From Octopus sinensis (Eukaryota): a DNA stretch of 64,000 nt. Below are positions 37,401 to 51,632 of the stretch, piece after piece. Numbering within the stretch: position 1 is the first letter of the stretch; every line of letters begins with the position of its first letter. A program made the translations under genes and the position numbers. The stretch is taken from contig NC_042997.1 in assembly GCF_006345805.1 (NCBI RefSeq), positions 39,370,001-39,434,000 of the forward strand, given 5' to 3'. The notes below the pieces were generated by a model that had not been told where the DNA came from, made no database searches, and saw only the letters and a program-made list of their open reading frames with translations.

Positions 37401-38417
37401 ACCCTTTTACTTCAATTACATTATCTACCTATTTGTAAGAGTAAGCCTGCACTACCTATACTAAATACTGGATACAACTGTTTCCCATCAAAAATAATTT
37501 TTATATTTTTGCCTGAGATTTATCTAGTTAAACCCCTCCTCTAGCTCTCTTATCATACACCCTCTGCTTTAACTCTAAAACAGTTCCTGTTAATATCTTC
37601 CTTTCTTAGTTTAGTAAGCATTCCACTAAATTTTTCGTCATAGTTCTGTGCTATCATTCCTAATGAGCTGCTTATTTCATAACATAAACTTTTACTCTTA
37701 GTGCTGTTCAGTAAGTTGTCTTGGGGCTAATTGTCCTGTCTCCAATACGAACTCTTTATTGTTGTGTCCTACCCTGAATAAGTAATTAATAGTGTTATAG
37801 AGAACTAGGTGCTTGTAGATGCATTTTTTCAGTTTCCCTCTATTTGTTCTCCACCTTACTTTCAAGAGATTGTCTTTGTGTACACACGATTTTTGTTTCC
37901 CTTTCTGGTCTAGAAGAAGCTGATATAGTTTATGTATAGTTATGCTTAATTAATGGAGAACCAGTTTATTATTATTATTTTTTTTTTTTTCTCCCTAATT
38001 TTATTGCAGATAGATTCATTTCTATAACAGACCTTGAAGCTTTCCTTATCTTTCATTATCATCATCATTGTTTAATGTCTGGTCTCCATGCTGGCATAGG
38101 TTGGACAGTTTGACATGGAGCTGATTAGCAGGGAGCTGCCTGGACTCCAACTGTCTTTTGTGGCATAGTTACTATGGCTGTATGCCCTTCCTTACGCCAA
38201 CCACTTAACAGAGTGTGCTGGGTGCTTTTTACATGTCATTGTCACGGGTGCATTTAAACAGCACTGGCTTGGGTGTGTTAACGCAGCACCAGCACCTGAG
38301 AGGACAAGCCTGTATGTGTGGAAGACAGTGATGTGTCTTATCAAGTACAGCAAATTGCCACATCTCCAACATTTCATTCTGTATCATAACAGATCTTTAG
38401 ATGATTTTAGTAACATA

Positions 38418-38607
38418 CTCTTTACTCTTTTACTTGTTTCAGTCATTTGACTGCGGCCATGCTGGAGCACCGCCTTTAATCGAGCAACTCGACCCCAGGA
38501 CTTATTCTTTGTAAGCCCAGTACTTATTCTATCGGTCTCTTTTGCCGAACCAGCATCGGTTGTCAAGCAATGCTAGGGGGACAAACACACACACACACAC
38601 ACACACA

Positions 38608-38675
<68 letters not shown>

Positions 38676-38835
38676 GACAGGCTTCTTTCAGTTTCCGTCT
38701 ACCAAATCCACTCACAAGGCATTAGTCGGCCCGGGGCTATAGCAGAAGACACTTGCCCAAGATTCCACGCAGTGGGACTGAACCCGGAACCATGTGGTTG
38801 GTTAGCAAGCTACTTACCACACAGCCACTCCTGCA
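38418..38835 (-). mobile_element. SINE family B
   Basis: Full reverse copy with (CA)n(TA)n interior. Confidence 0.85.
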
Positions 38836-40340
38836 TATCAGGTTTTTTTTTTTTTTTTTTTTGAGGATTGCTAGCCCCTCTTTTAATGATTTCCATTTCG
38901 GGAGAAGGGTGTTATGAGTAGTCTTCTATGACTTCTCTCACAGTTCAGTTTTTGCTTATTCTGAGAGGACAAGAAGAATTCACTCATGTACTTAAATGGT
39001 ACTTTATCAACCCCAGAAATTATAAAAGGAAAAATTGTCCTTGGTGAGGTTTGAACTTGGAGAGCAAAGAACTGGAAATACCATAAATCATTCTGCCCAA
39101 CACTCTGAGTCTGCCAAATTACTTTCATTATGATCTGCATAGATGTTAACTTACCCTTTTATGGCGGAATAAATTTTCACTGAAATTTTAATGTACAAGA
39201 ATTTTTGTATTGTGTATGGTGTTGTGTAAAAGCTGTTTCCTAGTTTTGGAATCATCACAATATTCTTCCTTGTACTTTTTCTGATATTAAATAGAAGTGA
39301 AAAAAGTCAAGGTTTAAGAGACATTTTCGTGGTTATATATATATTCTTATGTTACGTTCTATTGTTATTCACTTAAGTCATTAGCTTTTAAAGAAAAGAC
39401 AAACAATTCCCATTCCTCTTTCATTAGCTGTGGGGGATCCTCTATTTGCAAATGATGCTGATCAAATATTTAAATGGATCACTAATTGATTTAGCTATAT
39501 ATTTTATTCATTTATTATTTTTACATTTGAATTCGTCTACTTGAGAGAATTAACAACTTAGTGATCTTAGACTGAAATTAAAAAGTTTGTTGATTAGGTT
39601 CTGTGAGCTACAATTACTGTATTCTCTCATATTTGAAATGATTGTGGATATTCAAACTATTGTTTATTTTATTTTACTTGCTCTCCTCCCCCCTCAAAAC
39701 CCCCCCCAAAAAACTATACAAATAACCTTGTAATATACTATTATGGTAGAATTGGAGAAATCTAATTCTGGTTATCAGATGGTTTTTGCTGTTATACAAG
39801 TAATTTCACAAATGAACACTTTAAATTTAAGAATAATTTTCTTCTTAATTTTTAAACTTTTTCATTTTGATAGTTAATACAAATTTCTTGAATATACTTA
39901 GATTAACTTTACAACCTAATTTTCTCAGTACTTTTAAATTCAGTTAAAACTTTGAGTGGACAGTGGCAGCCAAACACTTGAAGATGACCCATATAACCAA
40001 ATACACAAGAAGTGTTTTAAGCTATGCAACAGTTGGTCATTTTATTGATTTTTTAAAGAATTTGATTGTCAGGTCAACACTAGCTACATCTGTACTCAAA
40101 ATTGTAAGTTACTGGGGTGATAACTATATTGCTCATGTTGATTCTTTCTGGCTGGATCACCGTTCTTTTGATAGCTTCACCATTACACATCATCATCATC
40201 CACATCATTTTATGTGTTTTTCCATGCTGGCTTGGTTTTGGATGAACTTTCTCCAACATGATGTTTTGCTACTTGCTGCTGTCCTTTGTCACCTTCTTCG
40301 TGAAATTCAGCCTTCTCTGTTTTTACCTTCGTTGTTTTTG

Positions 40341-40780
40341 GGATCTTTTCGGTTTGAACGGCAGTTTTTAAAATAACTTCTAGGTAACTAAAAAATGTTA
40401 AACTTCGTATACTGGTAGAATATGTTTATAAAACATCTTTTTCTCTTGGCTTTATTGAGAAAATTCTATAGTTTGTAAGATGTTTGTTGTTTTTTTTTCC
40501 TTCAATTTCTGCAATTTCAACCAATCAATGACGCCCATTGAGGTAAAAAAAACATTCTGTGCCATATGAATATGTCCCTTGTTTAAGAAACAGATTGGGT
40601 TTATTTACATTTGTGAAGAAAAAAAGATATCCTTCCCCCACCCCTAACCCTAACCAACCATAACTAACCCTAACCCTAAAACAGATTGAAATGCAATAGA
40701 TCGATACTAGGGTCATAACTATGGGTGACAATTTCATATGACACTGCTAGAAAAAACTGCCGTTCAAACCGAAAAGATCC
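40341..40780. mobile_element. MITE with 29-bp perfect TIR and internal CCCTAA hexamers
   Basis: ggatcttttcggtttgaacggcagttttt / aaaaactgccgttcaaaccgaaaagatcc. ccctaaccctaa..ctaaccctaaccctaa at ~40641-40680. Confidence 0.85.
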
Positions 40781-41649
40781 GTTTTTTGTTGATCTTCTTT
40801 AAGGTTCCTTCCACTCAGATAACTTGGTGATTATTTATTCAATTATCACACTCTCTATATACATGTCTCTATCAGTTCATTCTTCTTGCACACTATATCT
40901 GGTTTTTGTTTTCTCTTAGCTCATTTGTACCTTGTCATTCATGCACATTAACATTACACATTCAGTAGAGCATGCTCACTTCATTTATTTTACCTAACAT
41001 TCATGCATCCTTCACATTCAATGCTCTTGTTTTGCTACCATGCAATATTGTACTTCATACATAAGCATTTTACAATCTTCCTTTCACTTGGATAGAGGGC
41101 CCTTTTGTTGCCAGCAGGGATTACTTCTCCTTGAACTTTCACTACCCGTTTCTTACATTGTCAACTATGCTTTTGGAAAATCACCCTCCACTGCTGTTTG
41201 GTCACCTAGGAAATGGAAGCTTTAAAATTTTTTGTCATCCTTTCTGTAATTCTATTGTATCTCCTGGGTGCTCTGTATGGTATTTCTAATTCTTTTATGC
41301 AAATTGAGAACCCCTTTTCCCGATGGCAGCAGTCCCATCTTGTATTCTTTCTTGCTAGCTTAAAACTTTTTGTTTTTTATTCTTGACTATGTTTACTTTC
41401 ACACCTTGATTCTATGTTTCACTTTTGCATTTTGAATTTCTTCCCAAATTCTTCGTCAGATTAGGTCATTGGCATACGTTCCCATGGACATGACCTGTGC
41501 CTATCCACTTTTTATATTTTAAAGCAAATAGGCAGTTTGTAATATATATCCAGTGCAAGCTAAGGACAAGTAAGTGGCGCAGTGGAATCATAGGAAGGTT
41601 AAGAGAAAGTAGTCTTTGTGTGTGGCAGATGTACTGGTACTATAATGTA

Positions 41650-42030
41650 TCATCATCATCATCATCATCGTTTAACGTCCGCTTTCCATGCTAGCATGGG
41701 TTGGACGGTTCAACTGGGGTCTGGGAAGCCAGAAGGCTGCACCAGGCCCAGTCTGATCTGGCAGTGTTTCTACAGCTGGATGCCCTTCCTAATGCCAACC
41801 ACTCCGTGAGTGTAGTGGGTGCTTTTTACGTGCCAGACGAGGCTGGCAAACGGGACACGCTCGGATGGTGCTTTTTATGTGCCATCGGCACAGAAACCAG
41901 ATGAAGCTGGCAATGGCCACGGTCGGATGGTGCTTTTTACATGCCACCGGCACGGAAGCCAGTCAGGGCGGCGCTGGCTACGGCCACGTTCGGATGGTTC
42001 TCTTACGTGCCACTGGCACTGGTATCACAG
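41650..42030 (-). mobile_element. Family C element
   Basis: (CAT)n end, body, ~3 units. Confidence 0.85.
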
Positions 42031-43214
42031 CTACGGAAATAGATTTCTTCAAATGTCCAGGGTAATCCTTAGAGGTAGTAGGTAGTTTTTATTATCTAGG
42101 TAACCAAATTAGCAAAGGGTAGTTGCTTGAATGAGAACTGGCTGGGCAAAGTTCCACGTGTTATTGCCTTTGTTAGTAACAAAGAACCTCTTCCTAAGAG
42201 TGAAAGACAAATTGTATGATGCCTGTATATGAACAGTTATGCTACATGGCATTGAAATATGGGCTGTGACTACAGAGGACTTGAGAGGTCTTGAAAGAAA
42301 TGAAACCAGGATACTCTGCTGGTTATGCTAGGTCAGTGTGGATGTACAATAAAGTGTAAATGTTTTGAGGAAAAAAATTAAGTATGAGAGGCATCAGTTG
42401 TAGTGTGCGAGAAAAAAGATTGTTCAGGTATTGTCATATGATGCATATGGATGTGGACTATTACATGAAGAAGTGCTGATCTCTAAACGTAGAGGGAAGC
42501 TTTGGAAGGGGAAGACCCCAAAAAACATGGGATGAAATGGCAGGAAATGATCTTCAGATGTGGACTCTCCCAGAAGAGATGACAAAGGATCAAGACAGGG
42601 AGATTTGCTGTCTCCTCTCCCTCACAAATCTACCTAACACTTCCCCCATGCGCATCACTGCTGTACTCCCCTCCTTCTCCCTCATGTACCTACATGCACA
42701 CAATATGTCCCTGTTGAATCCCTTCCCACAACATACCCTCCTAGTGCCCACTCATTACATCCTTCCATCAATTCCCACTCTCCTTTTGCAATCTTGTGAA
42801 TTCACCCACCCACTTATCCTCTCCAATCCTCAGTCGGCTTCACTATTTCACTATATTAGGTATTATATACACCCTGTAACTTGGGTGTATAGCCCCTGTC
42901 CTTCCTTGTCACATATTTACCAGCTTCTCTCTTTCCATCTGAGGTAGCCATGTTTCTCTTCTAATTCAAGACACCTTTCTCTCCCTCAATAATCCCCCAA
43001 CTCCCTATTTGAGGGGTTTTGTCCTGCAAGTTACTTGGTGACCTCACTGCTGCTGGTGCCATGTAAAAAGACACCCAGTACACTCTGTTAAGTGGTTGGC
43101 ATTAAGAAGGGCATCTAGCCACAGAAACCATACCAAAGCAGACAGCAGAAATTGGTGCAGTATTCTGTCATACTAACTCATGCCAACATAGAAGATGGAC
43201 GTTAAATGATGTTT

Positions 43215-43368
43215 GGCTGTATGGTAAGTAGCTTGCTAACCAACCACATGGTTCCGGGTTCAGTCCCACTGCGTGGCATCTTGGGCAAGTGTCTTCTGCT
43301 ATAGTCCCGGGCCAACCAATGCCTTGTGAGTGGATTTGGTAGACGGAAACTGAAAGAAGCCTGTCGTA

Positions 43369-43407
<39 letters not shown>

Positions 43408-43600
43408 TTGTGTTTGTCCCCCTAGCATTGCTTGACAACTGATGCTGGTGTGTTTACATCCCCGTCACTTAGCGGTTCGGCAAAAGAGACCGATAGAATA
43501 AGTACTGGGCTTACAAAGAATAAGTCCCGGGGTCGTATTGCTCGACTAAAGGCGGTGCTCCAGCATGGCCGCAGTCAAATGACTGAAACAAGTAAAAGAG
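43215..43600 (+). mobile_element. SINE family B
   Basis: Full copy with (TA)n interior. Confidence 0.85.
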
Positions 43601-44818
43601 TATATATATATATATATATAATAAAAGTTATATAAAAGTATATGGCTGAAGGAGTATTACTAAAATGTGCTCCAACAATATTATTATAATTATTGTGAGA
43701 TAAGCATAATCCATATATTTGTATTCTTGTTATCTACAATAATAATTATAGAATAATTAGTGGGATTGTTCACAGACTAAAATTAAACACTGTTTCCACA
43801 TCTATTATACATGAAATTAGAACAACATTTGTGAATATTTACTTTTTCCCAAATATTCTAATATTTTTCGACATACTTGTTTAATTAGCTACAGGCTGTC
43901 TTCAGATGGTTTTTTTATTAACACCCTAAATTTCAGGCTAAAAATATAAATTCAAGGCTATAACTTATTTTCTAAGAAATGTTTTAAGCTTATTGAAACT
44001 TTTAGCTTACACTGGTCTTTGTCTTTCAGCTTTGCTTAGTTTTTCATCTCTTACAATCCTATTATAACATCTGGTCATGCATTTGTGTTGACTAAAAGTT
44101 AGTACTTGAGAAGCCCACTTATTGGGCTCAACATTTAGAAACAATGTAGAAAAGAAGATTCTAGAATACATATAGTGATTAATATAGTTTTTCTTTTTTC
44201 ACACTAATAATTAATTAGATGACTGTTTTAAGTGTAAAAACTGGTTTGCAGGTGAAACAGGTGGAGATGAATTTTGAGACAAAACACAGACAACATTTCA
44301 AATGTAGATTAAAAAAAAAAAAAAAAAGACAAATTTTGAAAATAGATAAGATCCTCATATGTTGAGATCTCTGTAAAATTGAATTTCAGTCAGTCTAAGC
44401 AAACATGAATAAGCAGGCTTTACTTAGAGAACAGGAACTGCAGTAAATGTGTGAATGTCTGAGATGAGTTGCTAATAAGATTAGAGTGTTTTGGATTATT
44501 AATCTCAACTATAGAGATAAAAACTTGGTAAGTTATTTACATCGACACTGCTTCATGTATCAGTTGCTTAGTGGGTAAGAAAGAGCATTACTGCCCTTAG
44601 CTTAAATATAAAAGTTCATACTTCAAATCCAACCTAGTACTACATACACATCCAGGAATAAAAAACTGGAAGATGATTGGTGATCAAACTAAAGATGAGG
44701 TTTAATAGTAGTTGCTTAGTATTCCATTTTATTTTTCATACATAGGCTATTACTTACATTGTTATGAAATAAAATGTCTCCATATTCTTTTTCTTAGGGG
44801 ATATAGTTACATTTTATA

Positions 44819-45223
44819 TCTTTATATATAAAAGTGAGGTTGTGTGCTGTCTGTCTCCTACGATTTAGATTCCTAACTACTCCCACATTTTGCGGTGCAG
44901 TGTAACCAAAAGCGGGTATCTTATAGTCGTAATTCATATCGAGCTCTTCTGGGTATTAGCGTGCACGTCTACGATGAGTCTACGATTTAAAAAAAAATTT
45001 ACCATCATTTTTTCCCATTTTTAATGTATTTTTTTGCTATTATAAAAAGGAAGTAACTCTCTAAAAATGTATTATTAAATCTCAGAACGTAAAAAGCTAC
45101 AATAACACACCCCCCCCCTTTGTGGTTAGCCATATTGAGATGGCTATTATACCTTACATCTCTAAAAATGCTTATATAGTTATTTCCCTTACAAACCCGA
45201 GCAACGCCGGGCGATACTGCTAG
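44819..45223 (+). mobile_element. Non-autonomous Helitron, copy 1
   Basis: A|TC 5' end (tctttatatataaaag), 3' hairpin cccgagcaacgccggg, CTAG|T end, no TSD. Confidence 0.85.
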
Positions 45224-46339
45224 TTTTATAATAAAATACTTTTCCTGTTTATAAAAAGAAATAAAATTTAGATTTCAACTTTTTTTTTTTTTATTTGGAA
45301 GTTAGTTTCCTCCATTTTGAGATATTTTTTTTTTAATATATATTTTATTGAAGCAGATATTTTTGTAATTAGATCTACTTCCTAATGCATCTTACTGAGC
45401 TCTTATATCTTTGAGATTGTTAGAATAACACTGTTATACCTTGTTCAGGAATGCAGCAGAAATTCAACACAAGGCCTCATTGGTCAGGAATCTATAATTA
45501 CAATTAGTTCATATGAACATACTGAATACATGTATATTTATTACTACTAAACACTAACCAAATTTTGGTGTCCAATGCAAACTATGAATACTGATTTCAA
45601 AATCGACTTTGTTCAGTTTGAAATTGCAAATTCATAACATTTTTAACCCTATAACATTCTGATTACTCTGTCAAATGTAATGAATATTATTTCTCATTAT
45701 TTTCAATTAATCATGCATTATCTCATAGCTTCGATATTATTTCAATGATGTTATTGTTTATTCTTAGAATAACATTACAGGGGAGGTGAGAGAGGCCATA
45801 TCTGGCTGGTTTGAATATAAAACAGAATATCTGGACCAGATATGGTCAGTTTCAATGCTAAAGGGCTAAAAGTTTCTGAGAAAAACAAAGTGTCTGATTC
45901 TTCAGAACTCAAAAGCATAATAATAATAATATTGTTTCCTTACTAAGGTACAAGATCCATTGTTTCTTGGAATATGGTTTGTGGATAGGCAAAATTGTTA
46001 GTATTGGGCAAAACTCTTTTTGGCATTTGTTCAGGATCTTCATGTTCTCAGTTCAAATCCAGGCAAAGTCAACTTTGCCTCTCATCCTCTCAGGGTTGAT
46101 AAAATAATGTCAAGTTTTCAGGTTAGTGGTGTTGGGTACCCACTTCCCCCAAATTTCAGACCTAGTGCCTATGCTTGAAAAAACTTTATATTATTGGTCT
46201 GGGAAGGATGGGAAATAATGCAGACTTGGGCAAGTCATCATCATCGTTGTTTGATTCTAGACTTTGCTTCCACACCTGAAACTTCTCTGGTTCTGATAGT
46301 GACTCAGCTATTAGAGCAGGGTCATCAACATAGAGGTGC

Positions 46340-46700
46340 ATTCTGTCTTGAATTCCTCTGTTAAATATAGAACAGTATTTCCTCTGTTATTGCTTAGAGG
46401 ACTATGATGAACAAGAGTTATGTAGCACTGGCATCGACCTGGATGACTATGATGAACAAGAGAGGAGTGAGGGCTGATCCTTGGTGAACCCCTACTTCTA
46501 CCCAGAATTCTTTGCTATACTTATTGCCAACCCTCACCTTACTGACAGCATCTCTGTACATGGCTTGTACATCTCTCATCAACCACTCATCTATCCTTAG
46601 TTTCTGCATTAACCACCAGCTAAGGGATCAGGGGTTCCTATCAAAGGCTTTCTCCATGTCAGAAGCCAAGTACAGAGGTTTATCTTTGGCTAGAAATGTA
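46340..46700 (-). pseudogene. RTE-clade reverse transcriptase fragment
   Basis: ORF 46418..46609 reads YRDAVSKVRVGNKYSKEFWVEVGVHQGSALTPLLFIIV. Confidence 0.75.
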
Positions 46701-46711
46701 AAGAGAACCAT

Positions 46712-47118
46712 TTAAGCGTCGTTGATGCCAATGCCACCTGACTGGTCTCCTGCTGGTGGCATGTAAAAAACACCATTTGAGTGTGGTCAATGCCAGTGCT
46801 GGTGGTATGTAAAAAGCAACATTTGAGCATGGTCATTGCCTGTTCTGGCTGACTGGCTCCCATGCCAGTGGCACATAAAAAGCACCATCCAAGTATGGTC
46901 GATGTCAGTACTGCCAGACTGGCCCTAGTGCTGGTGGCACATAAAAAGCACCCACTATACTCTCAGAGTGGTTGGTGTTAGGAAGGGCATCCAGCTGTAG
47001 AAACTTTGCCAGATCAGTTTGGAGCCTGTTGCAGCCTTCTGGCTTTCCAGTCCTCAGTCAAACCGTCCAACTTATACCAGCATGGAAAGCGGACGTTAAA
47101 TGACGACGATGATGATGA
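46712..47118 (+). mobile_element. Family C element (older)
   Basis: Degenerate units, body, gacgacgatgatg tail. Confidence 0.75.
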
Positions 47119-48249
47119 TATCCTCTTTTTAATCAAAGCTTCAAGTAATATGTCTCTAAATCCCTGTCCATTCAGAGGATCCTTAAGCTTCCAGACCCTT
47201 CTTTTCCACACTTGTCTTCTGGGCAACCATTTAGCCCTGATCCTGAAGTTGCTAACTACTAACTTATATTGTGGGGTGCATTCTTCACCTGGGAAAGTTT
47301 TGGCGTTTATAAGTAGCCATCCTTTTTGTTTCCTGGTGAGAATGTAGTCAATCTGACTAGTTTACCCACCAGACTGGTAGGTGAACAGGTGACTGGCAGG
47401 TTTCCTGAAGTTAGTATTACAGATCATAAGTGTCAATTATATATTATGTATATATATAAATATTGGTGCTTTCTTTTCTTTTTTTTTTTTTTTTGCGTGG
47501 CTGTCTTCAATACTTTTATAATACTGAAATTAATATTGGTTTAAAATATTGGCAAAATTGGTGGGAGCAAATTTGGTAGGTGGGAGGGAGTAAGTTGATT
47601 ACATTGGCCCCCAATACTTGTTTTATGTACCCTGAAAGGATGAGGGGCAAAGTTAACCTTGGCAACTTCTAATTAGTATTAAAGTGGTTATAGTGTATAA
47701 ATAATTAGGTGTAAATTACTGGGTGCACCAGTTGTAGTGTCGGTGTTAGTAATATTAGTTTCAAATTTTGGCACAAGGCCAGCAATTATAGGAGGGGAGT
47801 AAGTCAATTACATTAGCTTAATTATTCAACTGGCACTTATTTTATTAGCACTGAAGGGATGAAAGGTAAAATTGACCTCATCAGAATTTGAACTCAGAAT
47901 GTGAAGACAGGAAATGCCACAAAGCATTTTTCCTGGCACGCTAGTGATTCTGCCAGCTCACCACCTTAGTAGTAATAGTCAGTAGTAATATTACCGCAGT
48001 AAAATAAATTGTTATAATGTTATAGCAAGAGTGGTGGATTAGCAGACTTAGACTAGCAAGCAAAAATGCTGTGCAGCTTTTAGCTACACCTCTCTGGTTT
48101 TAAATCTCACCGAGTTCAACTTAGCTTTTCGTCCTGCTGAGGTTGATGAAAGAAGTATCAGTAATTTACTGAGATTGATGTAATCAATGAAATCTTCTCT
48201 AACATGTCAATTTATAGCATTGTGCTTGTATTAGAAATCAATATTGTTA

Positions 48250-48645
48250 TCTTTATATATAAAAGTGAGGTTGTGTGCTGTCTGTCTCCTACGATTTAGA
48301 TTCCTAACTATTCCCACATTTTGCAGTGCAGTTTAACCAAACCGGGTATCTTATAGTCGTGATTCATATCGAGCCCTTCTGGGTATTAGCGCGTGTCTAC
48401 GATGAGTCTACGATTTAAAAAAAAATTTACCTTCAATTTTTCCCATTTTTAATGCATTTTTGGCATGTATAAGGGAAGTAACTCTTTAAAAAATTATTAT
48501 TAAATCTCAGAACATAAAAAGCTACAGTAACCCCCCCCCCTTTGTGGTTAGCCATATTGAGATGGCTATTATACTTTACATCTCTAAAAATGCTTATGTA
48601 GTTATTTTCCTTACAAACCCGAGCAACGCCGGGCGATACTGCTAG
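48250..48645 (+). mobile_element. Non-autonomous Helitron, copy 2
   Basis: Same ends and hairpin as 44819-45223, high identity. Confidence 0.85.
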
Positions 48646-48928
48646 TAGTGAATAAATGTTCTTTGTTAAGATAAGTTATTGACTTGGAAGGATATAATAA
48701 TGTTTTTTTTTCTTTTTCCTTATTTTGGAACAATAGTGACCATTCTGTTATATGGCAATGGCTAGTTTAAAACTCTGTTTTAAAGTGGCATAAAGTAAAA
48801 CCTTCCATCAAAATTGCATGTTAATTTATGTTCCTGGCACCAGCTTATTAAAGACAATTCTCCCTGCGACTTCTCCCTGTGGTTACATTAAAATAATTAC
48901 TAACTCTGATGTTACACCTAGTTTTAAT

Positions 48929-49315
48929 GTGGAAGCACTCCGTCGGTTACGACGATGAGGGTTCCAGTTGATCCGAATCAACGGAACAGCCTGCTCGTGA
49001 AATTAACGTGTAAGTGGCTGAGCACTCCACAGACACGTGTACCCTTAACATAGTTCTCGGGGATATTCAGCGTGACACAGAGAGTGACAAGGCCGGCCCT
49101 TTGAAATACAGGTACAACAGAAACAGGAAGTAAGAGTGAGAGAAAGTTGTGGTGAAAGAGTACAGCAGGGATCACCACCATCCCCTGCCGGAGCCTCGTG
49201 GAGCTTTAGGTGTTTTCGCTCAATAAACACTCACAACGCCCGGTCTGGGAATCGAAACCGCGATCCTATGACCGCGAGTCCACTGCCCTAACCACTGGGC
49301 CATTGCGCCTCCACT
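48929..49315 (-). mobile_element. SINE family D, tail type 2
   Basis: 12-bp TSD cctagttttaat (48917-48928, 49316-49327). Confidence 0.9.
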
Positions 49316-50355
49316 CCTAGTTTTAATAGTATCCACTTAGAACTTGTCATATATAAAATATTAATTTTCTTATTTTATTACTTTCTTCATCTAAAGATGT
49401 TGGGTAGCATTGTGCTTGAAGCGTGAACTCTTGGATTTTTTTTTATTAATTTCACCTAATTTCAGAAGCTTTAAAATACTAATCTTTAAATATAAAATAT
49501 ATACCAAAATTTGATATTGCTAAAATATTGTCAGCAGAAGTAAATATATTTGAAAAATAGTTCCCATTTCAGTTATTATCCCTTTAGTGTTTAAACCGGC
49601 CTTATCCGGCCCAAATATGTTAAAACTGCCTAGATTTGGTATCTCACACCAACCTATAATGTCAATCTAAAAGCAGGTGATAACATCATCTAAATCTTAA
49701 AGCTACGAAATAATTGCATGATTAGCTTAAAACAATATGGATGAATAAGTATTATATTTGATAGAATAATATGAATGCTAAGGGGTTATATTTGAAAAAT
49801 TTATTGTAAAAGCTAACCCTGAAAAAGTTTTTTTCTTTCTTTGATACATTTAATCTCAGTGTTAAATTTGGGGTTTTGTAGCCAAAGTTAATTTTACAAC
49901 TTTTCAACCTCCTGAGTATTGTATATTCGGATGCAAAAGGGAATATGAAATTTCTTTTGGTTTTCTTTCATGAGAATTAGTTTCTACATTTGTAAAATTA
50001 AACCTAAGTAAATGCACTGTTGTACCAGGCTGTATTATTTACAATAGAAAACTATTGAGGTTAAAGATAACTTTCTTTAAGCCATTAGTATTTAAACTGG
50101 CCACATTTGGCCCAAATGTTCTTCTGGCTTTGTGCTGAAACCAGCCAGATCTGACCTCTTACAACTGCCCTAGAATGTCATTCTAAAAATAAACAGTCAC
50201 ATCATCAAAATCTCAAAGCTACGAGATAATGCTTGATTAATTCAAAGCAATATTGATAAATAAGTGTTACATTTGACAGACTAGTCTGAATACTGAAGGG
50301 TTAAGTGAAAGTGGAAATACTTTAAGTCCAATTCATATCACAAATAACATAAACA

Positions 50356-50590
50356 TCATCATCATCGTCTAACTTCCGTGCTAGCGTGGGTTGGACGGTT
50401 CAACTGGGGGCTGGGAAGCCAGAAGGCTGCACCAGGCCCAGTCTGATCTGGTAGAGTTTCTACAGCAGGATGCCCTTCCTAACGCCAACCACTCTGAGAG
50501 TGTAGTGGGTGCTTTTTACGTGCCACCGGCACAGGTCCCAGACGCGGCTGGCGAACGGCCACGCTCGGATGGTGCTTTTTATGTGCCACA
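50356..50590 (-). mobile_element. Family C element
   Basis: (CAT)n end, body, ~2 units. Confidence 0.8.
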
Positions 50591-51289
50591 TTTATGTTAG
50601 AACCTTTTGTTCATCAGAATTGCATGGTATATTTCACAACCTTGATTACTTCAACACCCTGCAAAATGTATTAGCATTTAGTAAATTCTGTGCATTTTAT
50701 TAAGAAAATTAAAATTGCAAATTACTTACAGTGTTGTGTAAGAAATGTGAATTTAAAGTTCTCAATTATGAATCTCTGAATGCTTGTGGTTATTCTCACA
50801 ACTTATTTAAGTAATTATTAAACTTGAGCTTTATCTGTTGCTTTTTATCAATTAGTTTGATGCTATGTGACTGAACATTAAATATAACTGGATATACAAG
50901 TGTTTTGTTCAGCAGTCTATCTGTTTGGTCATTGCAGCACTGATACATTTCCTAAGTAAACACGTATAAAGTAATATATGCAAATTCAATCATAAATGTA
51001 TGCTCTGTCATTTGAGTATTTGACACATCTAAATACTTGGGGCTGCTTTGTTTGCATTTGTCTCTCTCTCAGTATTGACTATATCTTTCATTCCATTATT
51101 TCTCTGCAGTAGTCTAGCAACATTGATAACAGTATCAGTTTATCTTCATCATTTAATATCTATCATCTGTAAGACTGGGTAAAAAGATTCACTCTTGTGA
51201 CATTCCTAGTAATTTTTACTTTTATGTTATACTTGGGGATGCTCATATTTTTTTTTTGCCAATTAACGACACAACACCATTCGAGCATG

Positions 51290-51632
51290 ATTGTTACCTG
51301 TGTCGCCTCACTGGCACTTGTGCTGGTGGCACGTGAAAAAAACATTCGAGCGAAGTCATTGTCATTGCCACTGGACTGACTCCTGTGCAGGTGGCACCAT
51401 TTGAGCGTGGCTGTTACCAGTACCGTCTAACTGGCCCTCGTGCTGGTGGCACGTAAAAACACCCGCTACACTCTCAGAGTGGTTGGCGTTAGGAAGGGCA
51501 TCCTGCTGTAGAAACTCTACCAGATCAGATTGGAGCCTGGTGCAGCCATCTGGTTCGCCAGACCTCAGTCAAAATCATCCAACCCATGCTAGCATGGAAA
51601 GCGGACGTTAAACGATGATGATGATGATGATG
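51290..51632 (+). mobile_element. Family C element
   Basis: About 3 units, body, (GAT)n tail. Confidence 0.8.

Noticed and set aside
40640-40680. True telomere or chromosome-fusion site
   Set aside because: Only a few degenerate hexamers, enclosed within MITE TIRs.
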